Made by a program: the position numbers and the translations under genes
Notes under the pieces: model-generated
What the model was told of the DNA's origin: nothing
Database searches by the model: none
What the model saw: only the letters and a program-made list of their open reading frames with translations
NCBI RefSeq assembly: GCF_009914755.1
Contig: NC_060932.1
From: the human T2T-CHM13v2.0 reference genome, Homo sapiens
Reading direction: 5' to 3' (one strand)
Length of the DNA stretch: 64,000 bases
In this document: piece after piece, positions 28,000 to 42,965 of the stretch
Position numbering within the stretch: position 1 is the first letter of the stretch
How the letters are laid out: every line of letters starts with the position of its first letter

Positions 28000-28460
28000 G
28001 CAGTGCCTCTCAAGGTACAATCCCAGGACCATCTGCATCAGAACTAACTAGGGACCTTGTTAAAAGAGCAGATTCCCAGCCCCCTCCCACAGCTACTGAA
28101 TTGGATTTTTATTTTTAACAAGCTCTCTAGGTGATTCTTTTACACACTAAAGTTTGAAAAACATTTTGAGCTAGAGTGCCTTTCAGACTTTAAAGTGCAT
28201 ACAAATCACCTGGAGATCTTATTAAAATGTAGATGATGCTGATTCAGGCAGCCTAGGGTGGGGCCTGAGATTCTGCATTCCTAATAAGCTCCTACGCAAT
28301 GCTTCGTGTTGCTGTTGCATGAATTCTGCTTTGAGTGGCAAGGATTAGAATGGTTCTTAAACATGCCGGAGTCTCACAGAGATTCTGAATTGGTCTGTAG
28401 GGTGACCTAGACATGAGTGTTTTGTAAATTTTCCCAATTCTCCCCCAGGTGCTTCTAACG
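28000..28460. mobile_element. Cluster of about three abutting MER5A/MER5B copies
   Basis: CAGTGCCTCTCAAG...CTAAAGTTTGAAAAACA; AAATCACCTGGAGATCTT...GGGTGGGCCTGAGATTCTGCATT; GATTCTGAATTGGTCTG...CCCCAGGTGCTTCTAA. Confidence 0.7.
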
Positions 28461-29539
28461 GGTAGAATGGTATTAGATGGGGATCAATATTCCTATCTAA
28501 TGATGTACAGGGGACAGAAGTTCTAAGCAGGTGTCCAGGTAGATTAAGAAGTGTAAAATCAGGGGAGCCCATGTCTCTGGGGATCAACAGCGCAGGGAGG
28601 GTAGAAACTGCTTTGACTCATGGGCTGTACTAGCAGGAGGTGTCTGTGGCTCAGCCCTGACATCTCAAAGAGTGAGTATGGTGATAGAATTGCTGCCTCC
28701 AAGCCTCAGCAGATAGTAAGAGCAGGGAGCTCTGCCAGGTTCTTTGCCTCAGTCCTACTTGGCTCAAAGCCTGGGCCTAGAAGTGGAGTCCATCAGTAGA
28801 TTCAGCTTAGGAAACCTACATGGGCCAAGGCAGGGGCCCAGTGCCTCCTGCCTTACCCAGGCATCCCAATTTTTGGAACCATCCTGAATCCAGGAAGGTC
28901 TTTGATGTGGAACATCAGCAAGGCATCATTTTCTTTGTTCTTTCACCCTCAGCTACTCTGCACTGTCCCTAGCAGCAATGGCAATGGGTTTTGATTGGAG
29001 ATGGTTGAGAAATGGGGACCTCCACCCCCATCCAGGCTTGCATGCAGGAATTCTCGGCATTGGGGGAAAGAGATGCACACCGAGGAGGAAGAAAGATGCA
29101 GAGAGCAGGTAACTGCAAGGACTGTGTGCCGGAAAGTTAGAAACAGATGTCAAAAGCAACACACAGGCAGGTTTGGCAAGATTGTGCCTCAACCATGCGG
29201 AGCAGAAACACAGGCTGTATTTCAGTGGGAAATAAAAATGTGTCTGTAATTAATGATCCTCTAGGAACACACAGCCCTTATTAATATTGCAATTTGGAGA
29301 AACATAATTCATTAGACATCAGGCTTGACTCACCAGCATGGGTTTTCAGCTGGAGGAGGGTTCAGGGAGAGTAGGAGGTTAAGAGGAGGAAGCATGATGA
29401 TGGGTTCCCAAAGGTCCCAAGGACAAGGCACTGGGAAGGGCAGGGGCTGAGCTAGAGAAGTCACACTGATGGGCTGGGACACCGTGGAGGAAACAAGTGT
29501 ATTTTTGCCAGCCCTAAGCATCCCACCTGGCATGAGGTT

Positions 29540-29750
29540 GCATGCATAGGCTATGAAGCCAGATTCCCTGCGTTCAGTTTCCTGCTCCTCCCTTTTGCTG
29601 CATGACCTTGGCCAGTTGCTGGATGTCTCTGTGCCTCCATTTGCTCACTTGAAAACAGATCATGAGAATTGTACCTACTCATAGGATTAAGTCCTTTAGC
29701 ATAATGCCTAGCACATAGTAGGCGCTAAATAGTAGTTTTGTATTATTGTT
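29540..29750 (+). mobile_element. MIR
   Basis: TGACCTTGGCCAGTTGCT..TCTCTGTGCCTC...GCCTAGCACATAGTAGGCGCTAAATA. Confidence 0.8.
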
Positions 29751-30089
29751 GTCAGGTTTCATCTGTGTATCCACAAGAATGAGGCTGGGAACATGGGGTG
29801 CAATGAGGATTTCTGCAGGAACCCCTTGTGAAGCTATCTGCCCAACCAGCTGCTTTTGTCTAGTGACACAAGGGCAAAGTAGAAATGATGTGTGTTCCAT
29901 TTGGCATACAAATGGGATCCAATGACAATAATAATACTAAATTAGGGGAACAGAGTTACTTCCATGCCTAGGCCAGTAGCCAGCAAGCAGTGGAAGGTTG
30001 AACTGGTGAAACTGAAAGAACACTGGAAAGGGATCCGAGAACCCTGAGTTCGATATATCTAAAAAACAAAAACAAAACAAAACAAAACT

Positions 30090-30600
30090 GTGTACTCATT
30101 ATCATCCCCTATTCCCACATTTAACTTTCCCTTCCCCCTCCACTCCCTGTGTTAACAGGTTACCCCAGCATCCACACTATCTCCCAAGCCCAAGAGCTGT
30201 GAATAATTCACAACGCCTCCATCAACCTTATCCTCAACAGTCTCCAAAGCCTGCCTACTTTACCTCCTAAATATCTCATTTGTCAGCCTTCTTCCCAATC
30301 CATGTCCACTGTCACTGTCTTGGTTCAGGCAAATCTCTCACCTGGATAGTCTCCTAACTGGCTGTACACTGTCGCCCATTCCTCCAATCCATCCACCTCC
30401 CTGCCACAAAAGTCACTGACTTTTGTATATTTAATCATGTCTGTTTCCATGCTGAAAGTCCTTCAATGACTTTCCTTGCCTGTAAGATAAATGACGATGC
30501 CCTGTCCTGGCATGTCAGACTTTTTATCTGGGCTGTCCCCCTCCTCATTATATTTCCTGAATGACAACATTCCCCAAACCCACTAGGCAATTTTCTACCT
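30090..30600 (+). mobile_element. L2 fragment
   Basis: TTTACCTCCTAAATATCTC...TCTCTCACCTGGA...CTCCTAACTGG...CCTTCAATGACTTTCC. Confidence 0.7.
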
Positions 30601-31324
30601 CCAGGACCTCTTTTAGAATTATCTTATTCCTAATTTGCCAGGAGGCTGGGTGTAGGGCTAGTTACTAACAATCTTCCTTTCATTCTTATCTGGATTTCAC
30701 CACTGGCCTTTCTGATTTGTGTCACCTGTTAGCCACCGTCTCAACCAGCCAGATGCTCCCCCTGAGCCTCCTCTCCTGCCATGATCTGTTTCTGACAACA
30801 TCCTACTGAGGCATTCACTAAGACAACTTAAGAGATTGATTTAGGGGAAATTATTATCAAGTTGTATGCAGAGGCATTGTACCTAATTTTCTCTTTTAAA
30901 ATTAGATTCATCATGAATCATTTGTATTTATTTATCTTAGAGAAAACCTTACTAATTCATATATAGTAAGTGTAACTTACTTTTATAGGTAAAACCAAAA
31001 ATAAAACCACAAGGCTATATTATCATTTTTTAGTTGTCCTACTTTAGAAAAGCTAAGCCACACAGGCTGAGCTGCATAATCCTGGGACTAGCTCCCAGAA
31101 TTGCATACACATCAGGGATCTTGAATTCAGGCACTCAGAAGAGCCATGTTATTGGTAGTCAGGAACTGGAAGGGCTTTAGACATATGAAACTCATGCCTG
31201 TAAAGGAGGTAGCTTCTGCTCAACTCCAGACAAGTGTTTCCATGCAGGAATACAGGTTCTGTGTTGTCAACTTCTCCAAAAATGTAAAAGAAGTTAGAAG
31301 TTTGGTTTGCTGTTTTTTTGGTTT

Positions 31325-33840
<2,516 letters not shown>

Positions 33841-33849
33841 TTTACTCAA

Positions 33850-34100
33850 TATATTTGAGCAACTTGGTCAAGCTCTGATGCTCCACACTGAGCCACTGCA
33901 GCTTCCCTACCCTGGCACATATCCTTACCACACTTGATCCTGCCTGTGTTTTGAAGACTGAGTTGTTGGAGAAAGGAAGGTGCTAAAGGAGATAGGAAAG
34001 GGGAAGAAGAGCCCTTTACTTCTTTGAGCCTCAGTTTCCCATTTGTAAAACAAGAAAACAACAACTATGTCACAGGTCAATGCAAAGATAAAACAAGATT
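33850..34100 (+). mobile_element. MIR fragments
   Basis: CTTCTTTGAGCCTCAGTTTCCCATTTGTAAAA core. Confidence 0.65.
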
Positions 34101-34203
34101 TTACATAAAAGAGATATATATATACAAAATTATATATTTTATACACATACACACATACATACAAGCATTTTGTAAATTCAAAAACATTATACAAACATGA
34201 TGA

Positions 34204-34519
<316 letters not shown>

Positions 34520-35399
34520 TGTTATTTTCTTTATTCAGCAGTCAGATAATTAACCAACCACAAGTGTGACGGCTGGGAAAAGAGTAATAGGAAAAAAAAA
34601 AGAGAGAGAAACAAGTACCTAGGAAATCTATGTACTTAACAAAGAGAAAATCATAAGAAGAGACAGAAAAAGAGAAAAAAAATAGGGAGAAAAGGAAAGT
34701 AAATTAGGAAAAGAGAGGAGGGGAAGAAATAAAGGGGAAAAGAACAGCCTTTAAGCTTCTTCCCTTTTATCTCTCCAGAAACAGAGCACAAAAGTCGTCA
34801 TTAGGCTTGTTAACCTTGTAGTAAAAGTTTTAAAGATCCCATGGAGCCCTGTAATCAACTTATTCTAGGTCTATAAATAAGACTCCCCTGAGAAGCCAGA
34901 GTTAGTACTTGGCTGAAAGAGGAAAAACCATGGTCCTGCCTGCAGAGTAATGGGACAGGTGAAGTTGGATCCAGAAAACTGGTTGACTCAGTACCTGCCA
35001 TTCCCCTTCCCCGTCTGCTCTTCCCTTACAGAAATGCTGCCTTGCTGGCTTACTTTTCCTTACTTTATCCTTGCAGCCTCCTATGTGTCTCCAGCAGTCT
35101 GACCAGGAATTCAAAGCAATCTAAGAGAAAATGGAAGCCTTTTAACCTGTTGGGATGTTGGCAGGAGATGGGTTGACAAGTAGCAGTACTTCATGTGGTT
35201 TAAGGTAGCTGCTTTTAGCTTTCAATCTTGTCTCAGTAATGGCTCCTGGCAACTGTTAACTCCTTTTAATGGTGGGAGAGTGTATTCACACTCATTATCT
35301 CTGTGATTGATCATGGATATTCCCAGAGATTCCCACGTTTTCTCCAACAATTTCACTTTGAATATTTCTCCAATCATTTCTCAAAAGATTCATTTTGAA

Positions 35400-35910
35400 T
35401 GTTTTATCTTCATAATCTAAAACAAATAAAAAGCATATTTCATACAACCAGATACTACAAAGTAGTATGGCACATCATTTTCATGCCCAAGCTTAAATTT
35501 GTCTTAATACAGTAATCACAAGTAAGAATTACCATACTAATTGTGTTGAACTAGTGAGAAAAGAAGAAATTATGCTTAGTTACCAAACAGAGGCTAAATA
35601 CTGTCATTGAAAACAACTGACACTAAGGCAGCCAGCATGATTGCAAGTAATAATTCATTCTCATTTTCAAAAATCCATTGCATGTTGTTTTGTTTATTTG
35701 AACTCTATTGGTTTTGTGGATTTGTTTATATTTAACTTATAAATTTGATTTGCTTTTATAGACTATCACAATACAAGCATAAGGAGTTTACTCCTAGTTT
35801 CATGTTTGTAAATATGTAAGATATAATTAAAAATACTTTGAGTCAACAATTAGAGAGGAGGGAGTGCAAAGGTATTCTTTTTCTAAAAGGATTTCATATA
35901 TTGCTAATTT
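35400..35910. mobile_element. Charlie4-like hAT DNA transposon remnant
   Basis: GATATAATTAAAAATACTTTGAGTCAACA...TTTTTTCTAAAAGGATTTCATATATTGC resembles the Charlie4 end as I recall it. Confidence 0.45.
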
Positions 35911-36134
35911 TAGGTGGGGTGGGGAAGGGCAGGTATTATTTTCTTACTCATTACCACAGCCCAACAAGGAAATAAGTGGGAAAGTATGATTGTCTAAGTT
36001 GACTAGAACCAATGTTCAGACAAGTTGAGTGACAAGTTCAACATGAGCAGCTTTATTAACCAGGTATTGGACCCTCCCACAGGGCAGCCCACCCACCTGT
36101 ATCAGGCAGGCTTCTCTCTTGTCAGGAGTCATGA

Positions 36135-36300
36135 CATCATAGAATCTAAGCATAAGAGAGACTAAAGGACCATCTTGTCCTATTCCTACCCAATGTAAGA
36201 ATCTCACCTACAGTATTTTTTCCAGGTGGTCTGCAAGCCTTTACTTAGAAAGAAACAGAGACAGGGACCTATAACTGTCCCATTATGAAGTCTTTTCAAC
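36135..36300 (-). mobile_element. CR1/L3 fragment
   Basis: ATCATAGAATC...AGGACCATCTTGTCC...TGTAAGAATCTC..CTACAG pattern. Confidence 0.5.
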
Positions 36301-36419
36301 ATAGCAATGTGGTGTACCAAAAAGGGCACAGAAAATTATCATCACAGGTACAGAGTTTGAGTCACAATTCTGCCATGAGCAATGGATATGTTTAGATAAC
36401 ATTCATTGAAAGTACTATT

Positions 36420-36610
36420 CCGATTTATTCCTCCCAACAACCCTATTGCAATCTATCAGGTTAATTAATTCGGTACCAATATCATCCACATTTTACAGAT
36501 GGGGAAACCGAGGCACAGAACAGTAAAAGTGATTTCCCCAAGTGCTTGCAGTTAACTATGTGATAGAGCTAAAATGAAAACCCAGGTAGTTCTGATTCAG
36601 GAGTCGTTGA
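36420..36610 (-). mobile_element. MIR
   Basis: CCTCCCAACAACCCTAT...CATTTTACAGATGGGGAAACCGAGGCACAGA. Confidence 0.85.
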
Positions 36611-36612
36611 TT

Positions 36613-37486
36613 TATGGCAGCCGTGAACATATGCCGTGAAATCTCCTGCAGTGGGGAACATAATGGACAGGAAACCCAGCTATCCATCACCCACACAGTG
36701 ACTGCGAGAGGCAATGACCTCAAGCTAGTTCCATTCCTGGGAATCACATGTCTCCTCTGATAGGCAACTTTAGCTCAAGGACCCACACCCCTTGCCGTAG
36801 GCAAAACTTTTTAAAAAGTGTGCTGCAGTCTGAGATCTTTACTGTCCACTTATTCCTTCCCTCTCTACTTTACAGAGGAAAGATTTTGTTGCATGCTAAA
36901 TAAAAGGCCTCCAAACTTTCCACATCCTAATTTCCAGAACTTGTGACTATGTACCTTCTATGGTAAAAAGGAACTGTGCAGATGTGATTAAGTTAAGGAT
37001 CTTCTGCTGGCGATTATCCTGGATTATTCTGATGGGCCTCATTTAATCACCTTTAGAAGACATGGGAGAAGTGTCAGAGAAGATGTGACAATGATAGCAG
37101 GGGTCAGAGTGATGTGACTGTTGGCTTTGAAGATGGAAGTGGCCACAAGCTAAGAAATGCAGATGGCTTCCAGAAGCTGGAAAAGGTGAGGGATTCTCTC
37201 CTAGAGCTTGCAGGAAAAACACAGCCACACAAATATCTTGACTTTAGCCAGTGAGACTTCTCACCTCCAAAACTGTAACATCATCAATTCGTGTGGTTTT
37301 AAATCACTAAGTTTGTGATACTTAGAGCAGCAATAGGAAACTCATAGGGACCTACAGCATAGTGTGATTGCTCTTCCTGCTTCATCTTCCTCCCCTTTTC
37401 CCCCTCACAGGTGTTTCTCCTCAATCATATATCGTATGTCTAATCTCGTCTTGACATCTGCTTTTAAGAAGACCCAAACAAACACA
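36613..37486 (+). mobile_element. LTR16-type (ERVL) 5' LTR, split by MLT1D
   Basis: Starts TATGGCAGCC, ends TCTCGTCTTGACATCTGCTT...GACCCAAACAAACACA, and is directly followed by the PBS-like TGGTACCGAGAG. Confidence 0.75.
36887..37347 (+). mobile_element. MLT1D LTR
   Basis: TGCAGATGTGATTAAGTTAAGGATCTT...GGCTTTGAAGATGGA...AGAAGCTGGAAAAGG...GCAGCAATAGGAAACT. Confidence 0.88.
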
Positions 37487-38894
37487 AGTGGTACCGAGAG
37501 CGAGCTTTTAGCAAACAGGCAGTGAGTGTAGGACTTTGGACTGGCCCATTCACCACACTCCTGATCCCAAATGGGAAGTGGTGCAAGGAGAGGCCACAGT
37601 AAAAAAGGATGGCCCAACTGCTCAGAACTCCACTGGGGCTGAGCTAGGAAAACATCTCAGTAGACGAGAACACTATTGCAGGTGAAGAAAAATGTTCTGG
37701 TGGACAGAAGCACCAATGCACACACAGTGATCCATGCATTTCAAAATATGTGGAAACATTGTCTACAAAGAGGCTAGAATTGGTTGGTTACTGCTAAATT
37801 GTACTGATGTCATGCAAAGGAATGATGAGAAACAAGCAGTTAATGGCTAGGGGTGCATGTGCTCTTATACTCTGCTATGGAAGAGCATACACAGCTGAGC
37901 AACATTTGAGTGCTCAGACAAGGAAGGTATTTTATCTAAGATCAGAACCCTACTGGGGAAAACCTGTGGCACTGAGAAATGAAGATGTTAGTCCTCCAGG
38001 CTGCCTTAAATCCTCAGAGTTACAGAAACTAGGGAAGGTTCTCACTCTTCCCTAACAAGAAGATAGCACTTTCACTGGGACTCCTTCCTGAAAAGCAGCA
38101 GGTGCCTTCCTCAGGAGCTTCCTCAACCTGCTCCCCACAAATGCAAGTACTGGCTGCTAGGCTGATAACTAGGATTAATTGGCTACAGATATACTGAGCA
38201 TAATAAGGGAGGAAAAAGACTGCACCAAAGATGTTCCAAGATTCAGCTAGCAGTTGCAGGCAGGAGTCAAAGAAGTATGACTAGATTTCGATTTTAAGGG
38301 TGCCTGAACAAGAGGGTCAGAATGTAAGGCTGAATAAGAAGGGATTCATTGCCTTGGGGGTTCTTTCTTGGGAGACATCCTAACAGGACGTCTGCTGCTA
38401 GGAAGTGGGGGAGGGGATCTCTTAGAAGCCTAGAGAAAGAAAGAGTCAACACTGGTAAAATGGAAGTGAGTTGTTCTGGAAGAAAATAGAGGAGGGAATA
38501 AGGAGGATGAGAAAGTGGACATACTGGCAGGGATATATTATGGAAGGTCAGTGACCTACCACCAGGAGACTGTGACCCATGGAAGGACCTTAAAGGCAGA
38601 CTAGGAGGCTTGACTCAAGGGCATTATGGAGACAGTTTATACAGCATGGTGTCCATAAGGGAAAAAAGACATACAGCCAACAGGATGCTGCTTATCATCA
38701 AAACTCCCAAAAAGGCAACCACAGAGGAGGTGGTGGCTGACCGTGGTCACCCTAAGAAGTCACAACCTTGTAGTCAGTTCTCAAACCCGAGCCAATATGC
38801 AGGTCCAAAACCCACTGAATGACAAGGAAGGACCCTGCAGTACTATGGCGAGAATATATAGTTGACCCTTGAACAACACGGGGGTTATAGGTAC

Positions 38895-39256
38895 TCTGTT
38901 AGTCCGTTCTCACACTGCTATGAAGAAACACCTGAGACTGGGTAACTTAGAAAGGAAAGAGCTTCAATTGACTCACAGTTCTGCATTGCTGGGGAGGCCT
39001 CATGGTGGAAGGCAAAGAAGAAACAAACACCTTCTTCACAAGCAACAGGAATGGAGTGAGTGCAAGAATGGGAAATGCCACACACTTATAAAACCATTAG
39101 ATCTCGTGAGACTCACTCATTATCACGACAACAGCATGGAGGAAACCACCCCCAAGATCCAATTACCTCCACCTGGTCTCGCCCTTGATATATGGGGATC
39201 ATGGGGATTAGAATTCAAGATGAGATTTTGGGTGGGGACACAGCCAAACCATATCA
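38895..39256 (-). mobile_element. THE1 solo LTR
   Basis: TTAGTCCGTTCTCACACTGCTATGAAGAAACACCTGAGACTGGGTAA...GGGTGGGGACACAGCCAAACCATATCA; perfect 5-bp TSD GGTAC at 38890-38894 and 39257-39261. Confidence 0.95.
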
Positions 39257-39415
39257 GGTACCAACACCCCACCGTGTCCAATTGAAAATCTATGTATAAC
39301 TTTTGACTCCCCCAAAACATAACTACTAATTGCCTACTGTTGACTGGAGGACTTTCTGAAAACATAAACATAGATTAACACATATTTTTGTATTTTATAT
39401 GTATTATATTCTGTT

Positions 39416-39745
39416 GGGGTTTTGTTTTTGTTTTGTTTTTGTTTTTTGAGATGGGGTCTCATGCTGTCACCCAGTCTGGAGTACAGTGGCACAGTATCAT
39501 CTCACTGCAGGCTCACTTGAGCCTCTTGGGCTCAAGTGATTCTCCCACCTCAGTCGCCAAAGTAGCTAAAACCACAGGTGTACACCACCACGCCAGGCTA
39601 ATTTTTTAAAATTTTTTAAAATTTTTGTAGAGACAGGATCTCCCTATGTTGCCTAGGCTGGTCTCAAACTCCTAGACTCAAAGGACCCTCACACCTCAGC
39701 TTCCCGATGTGTTGGGATTACAGGTGTGAGCCACCACTCCTGGCC
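39416..39745 (-). mobile_element. AluJ
   Basis: Antisense dimer with J features (CTCCCTATGTTGCCTAGGCTGGTCTCAAACTCCTAGACTCAA); TSD ATA(T/A)TCTGT. Confidence 0.93.
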
Positions 39746-42620
39746 ATAATCTGTATTGTTACAATAAAGTAAGCTGTGAAGAAGAAAATGTTAAGAAAAT
39801 AGTAATCAAGAGAAAACGTATTCACTCTTCATTAAGTGGAAGTGGATCATCGTAAAGGTCTTCACCCTCATTTTCTTCATGTTGAGTACCCTGAGGATGA
39901 AGAGGAAGAGCAGGGGTTGGTCTTGCTTTCTCAGGGGTGGCAAAGGTGGAAGAGGTAGAGGAGATGGAAGGGTAGGCAGAAAAGGCAGGCACGTCCCATG
40001 TAACTTTTATTGACAAAAACCCACATATAAGTGGACACACACAGTTCAAATCCATGTTGTTTAAGGACCAACTGTAGTGTGATGATTCCCTCAGTTCTTT
40101 CCCAAAGGGACGGGTGGCCATTTAATTGGGCAACTGTACACTGGAGAAATGGGGAAACTGAAATATTTTGAGAATTATTAGACACAGGGTCTGACCTTAG
40201 CATTGATATTCAAATATGCAAAGCATTAACCTGGTCTTCCTGTTAGAGTGGGTACTTAGAGTGGCCAGGTAATAAACGGAATCCTGGTTGAAGTCTGACC
40301 CAAGGAAGGTCTCTGAGCCCCACCCAGTAGTCATTTCCTCTGGCCACTAGTATGTAATTGGAATTAATATACTTGACATTTGGAGTAACCACCATATTGG
40401 GTCCTTGCCTGTGAGGAAAACTTTATCATAGTGGGGGAGGCCAACTGGGAACTTCTGAAACAGCTCTGGCACTGGCCACAACAGTAAATCAAAAACAATA
40501 TTGCATCCTGGAGCCGATGACAGAGATTGGTGCCATCCTTAAAGGCAAAAAATGCAGGAAGAGTGGGCCCTATCTACCTCCAGTGTGACACTGTGGCCTC
40601 TGCAGAAATTAGATGGACCCTGGAGACTGGATGCAAACTAATATCCCAATCATTGCCTCAATCACAGCTGCTGTCCCAGGCATAGGGTTTTTATTACAAC
40701 AGATTAATATGGTTTCGGGTACATGGTGTGTGGCCATTAATTAGGCAGATGTGTTCTTTTCCACTCTGATCTGAAAAGAGAATCAAAAAGTTTGTATTCA
40801 CATAGGATGGACAACGATAATTGTTTTAGGGTTAGCCTCAGGGCTGTGTTACCTCTCCTACCTTCTGCCATATTATCTGAAGAGACCTGGACTGCCTGGA
40901 CAACCCACAGAATATCACACTCACCCATTACATTGATGGGATCATGCTGACTGAACGGGATAAGCAAGAGCTACTCTTCTGCAGGTCTTCCTAAGGCTCA
41001 TGTGTTCCTGAGGGTGATAGATAAGGCTGATGAAGAGTCAGGGATCTACCATTTTAGTGATGTTTTTAGGGTACACAGTGATCAGGGGTGTGCCAAGATA
41101 TCCTCTCCAACGCAAAGACAAATGACCAAATCCTGAATCTCAACCGTAAGAAGGAACCATGGTGCCTGGCTACGCTTTTTAGGTTCTGGAAGCAATGCAT
41201 TCCATACCTAGGAATACTGTTCCAACAAGTACACAGGGTAATATGACAGCTACCAGCTTCAAGTAGGACAAAGAGCAGCAAAGGGCTCTGTGGAAGTTTC
41301 AGGCTGCTGTGCAAGCAGCCCTGCACTTGGGCCATACACTCCCGCAGATCCTGAGGTGCTAGAGGTGTCAGTAGTGGGAAAATACACTGGATGGAGCTTT
41401 TAGAAAGGCCCTGGAAGAAACCCATACCATAGGTTCTTGGGATCTGTAACTAGGCCATGCCGTCTACAACAGAGAATTATACACCTTCTGAGAAATAGCT
41501 CTTAGCATAATGCTGGGCTTCGTTGACCATGAGGCACAAAGTTATCATGTATCCTCCAGCACTGCTCACCACGACCTGGTTCTCCTGGACCTGCCAGTCA
41601 AAGTCAGAAGTACCCAGCAGCCATCACCACAAGATCAAGCCTAAGCAAGTTCTGAGGTCATACATGAGCTGTGTGAGCAGTTTGCCCAGAACACCATGTC
41701 AGCAACAACAGTCACACCAGCCATGTGGGGGTCCAGTATGACCAGCTGTAGGAGGAGCACAAAACCCCAAGCTTGGCTTATGGACCAGTTGGTTTGGCAT
41801 ATGTGTGGAAGCCAAACTCAGTGATGGCTACGTTATAGCTTTATTCATGGCTATCCTAAAAAACAGTGAAGAAGAAAAATTGTCCCAGTATGTGGATATG
41901 TGGTACACCTTTTCATGTACTTTGTGTGGAAGGGGAAGCAACCCAAGGTGAAGATACGTACAGATTACTGGGCAGTGGCCAATGGAGCCTAGAACAGAAG
42001 AGACTGAAAGATCACTGACAAGGAGGTCTGGGGTAAAGGTATGTGAATGAACACATCAGGAGTGGGCACAAAGTGTGAGTATTTTTGTACCACAAATCAA
42101 TACACATTAGAAAACATCCACAACAGAAGATACACTGACCAAGTGAACAGTGAAAATGATGTAGTCATCTTGCATTAGGCAGCCTTCATCACTGGCCACG
42201 TTGAAACTAGCATGATGAGCACATAAATGGAGTAGTTATAGTGGCAGAAACGGAGGCCACACAGGGTTCCAGAAGCATGGACTCCCACTTACCAAGATGA
42301 ATTTAGGTCTTGTGGCCTTGGAACATCCAGCCTGTCATCAGCAGAGACCAATGCTGAACCCTTGATATGTCATTATTCCCCAAGAAGACCAACAGCCACT
42401 TGGTGGTATATTGACTATAGTTGGCCCAACACATCCTTAAAAAAAAGCCAGCATACCCATGAGGACAGAAACTTATTCTGGGTGTGAGTTTGCCTTTTCT
42501 GCTCTTAGAGCCTCAGTTGGTGCCACTATCCAAGTAGATGTCTGATCTACAGGCATAGAATCTCATGCAGCATTAACATCCAAGTAGGAGACCCACTTCT
42601 GAGGTGTGGAAGCAGATCTA

Positions 42621-42965
42621 TGCTATGATTTTACATGTTTGTCCCTGCCAAAACTCATGTTGAAATTTAATTGCCATTGCAACAGTATTAAGGAGTAGGA
42701 CCTTTAAGAGATGATTAGGGCACAAAGGCTTCACCCTCATGGATGAGATTGGTGCTGTTTTAACAGGGCAAGTCTGGCCCCCTCTTCCTCTCTCTTACCC
42801 TCTCACCTTTTGTCATGTGATGACACAGCAAGAAGGCCCTTGCAAGATGTTGGTAGCTTATATTGGGTTTCCCAGCCCCTAGAACTGTAAGCCAATAAAT
42901 TTCTGTTCATTGTAAGTTGTCCAGTCTCAGGTATTCTGTTAAGTGGCACAAAATGGACTAAGACA
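42621..42965 (+). mobile_element. MST (MSTB/MSTD) solo LTR inside the ERV-L integrase region
   Basis: TGCTATG...CCAAAACTCATGTTGAAATTTAAT...CCAATAAATTTCTGTTC...AAAATGGACTAAGACA. Confidence 0.92.

Larger units (their letters stand above)
38859..40074. mobile_element. Tigger2-family non-autonomous element with both TIRs and TA TSD
   Basis: TA|TAGTTGACCCTTGAACAACACGGG ... TCCATGTTGTTTAAGGACCAACTG|TA. Confidence 0.9.
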
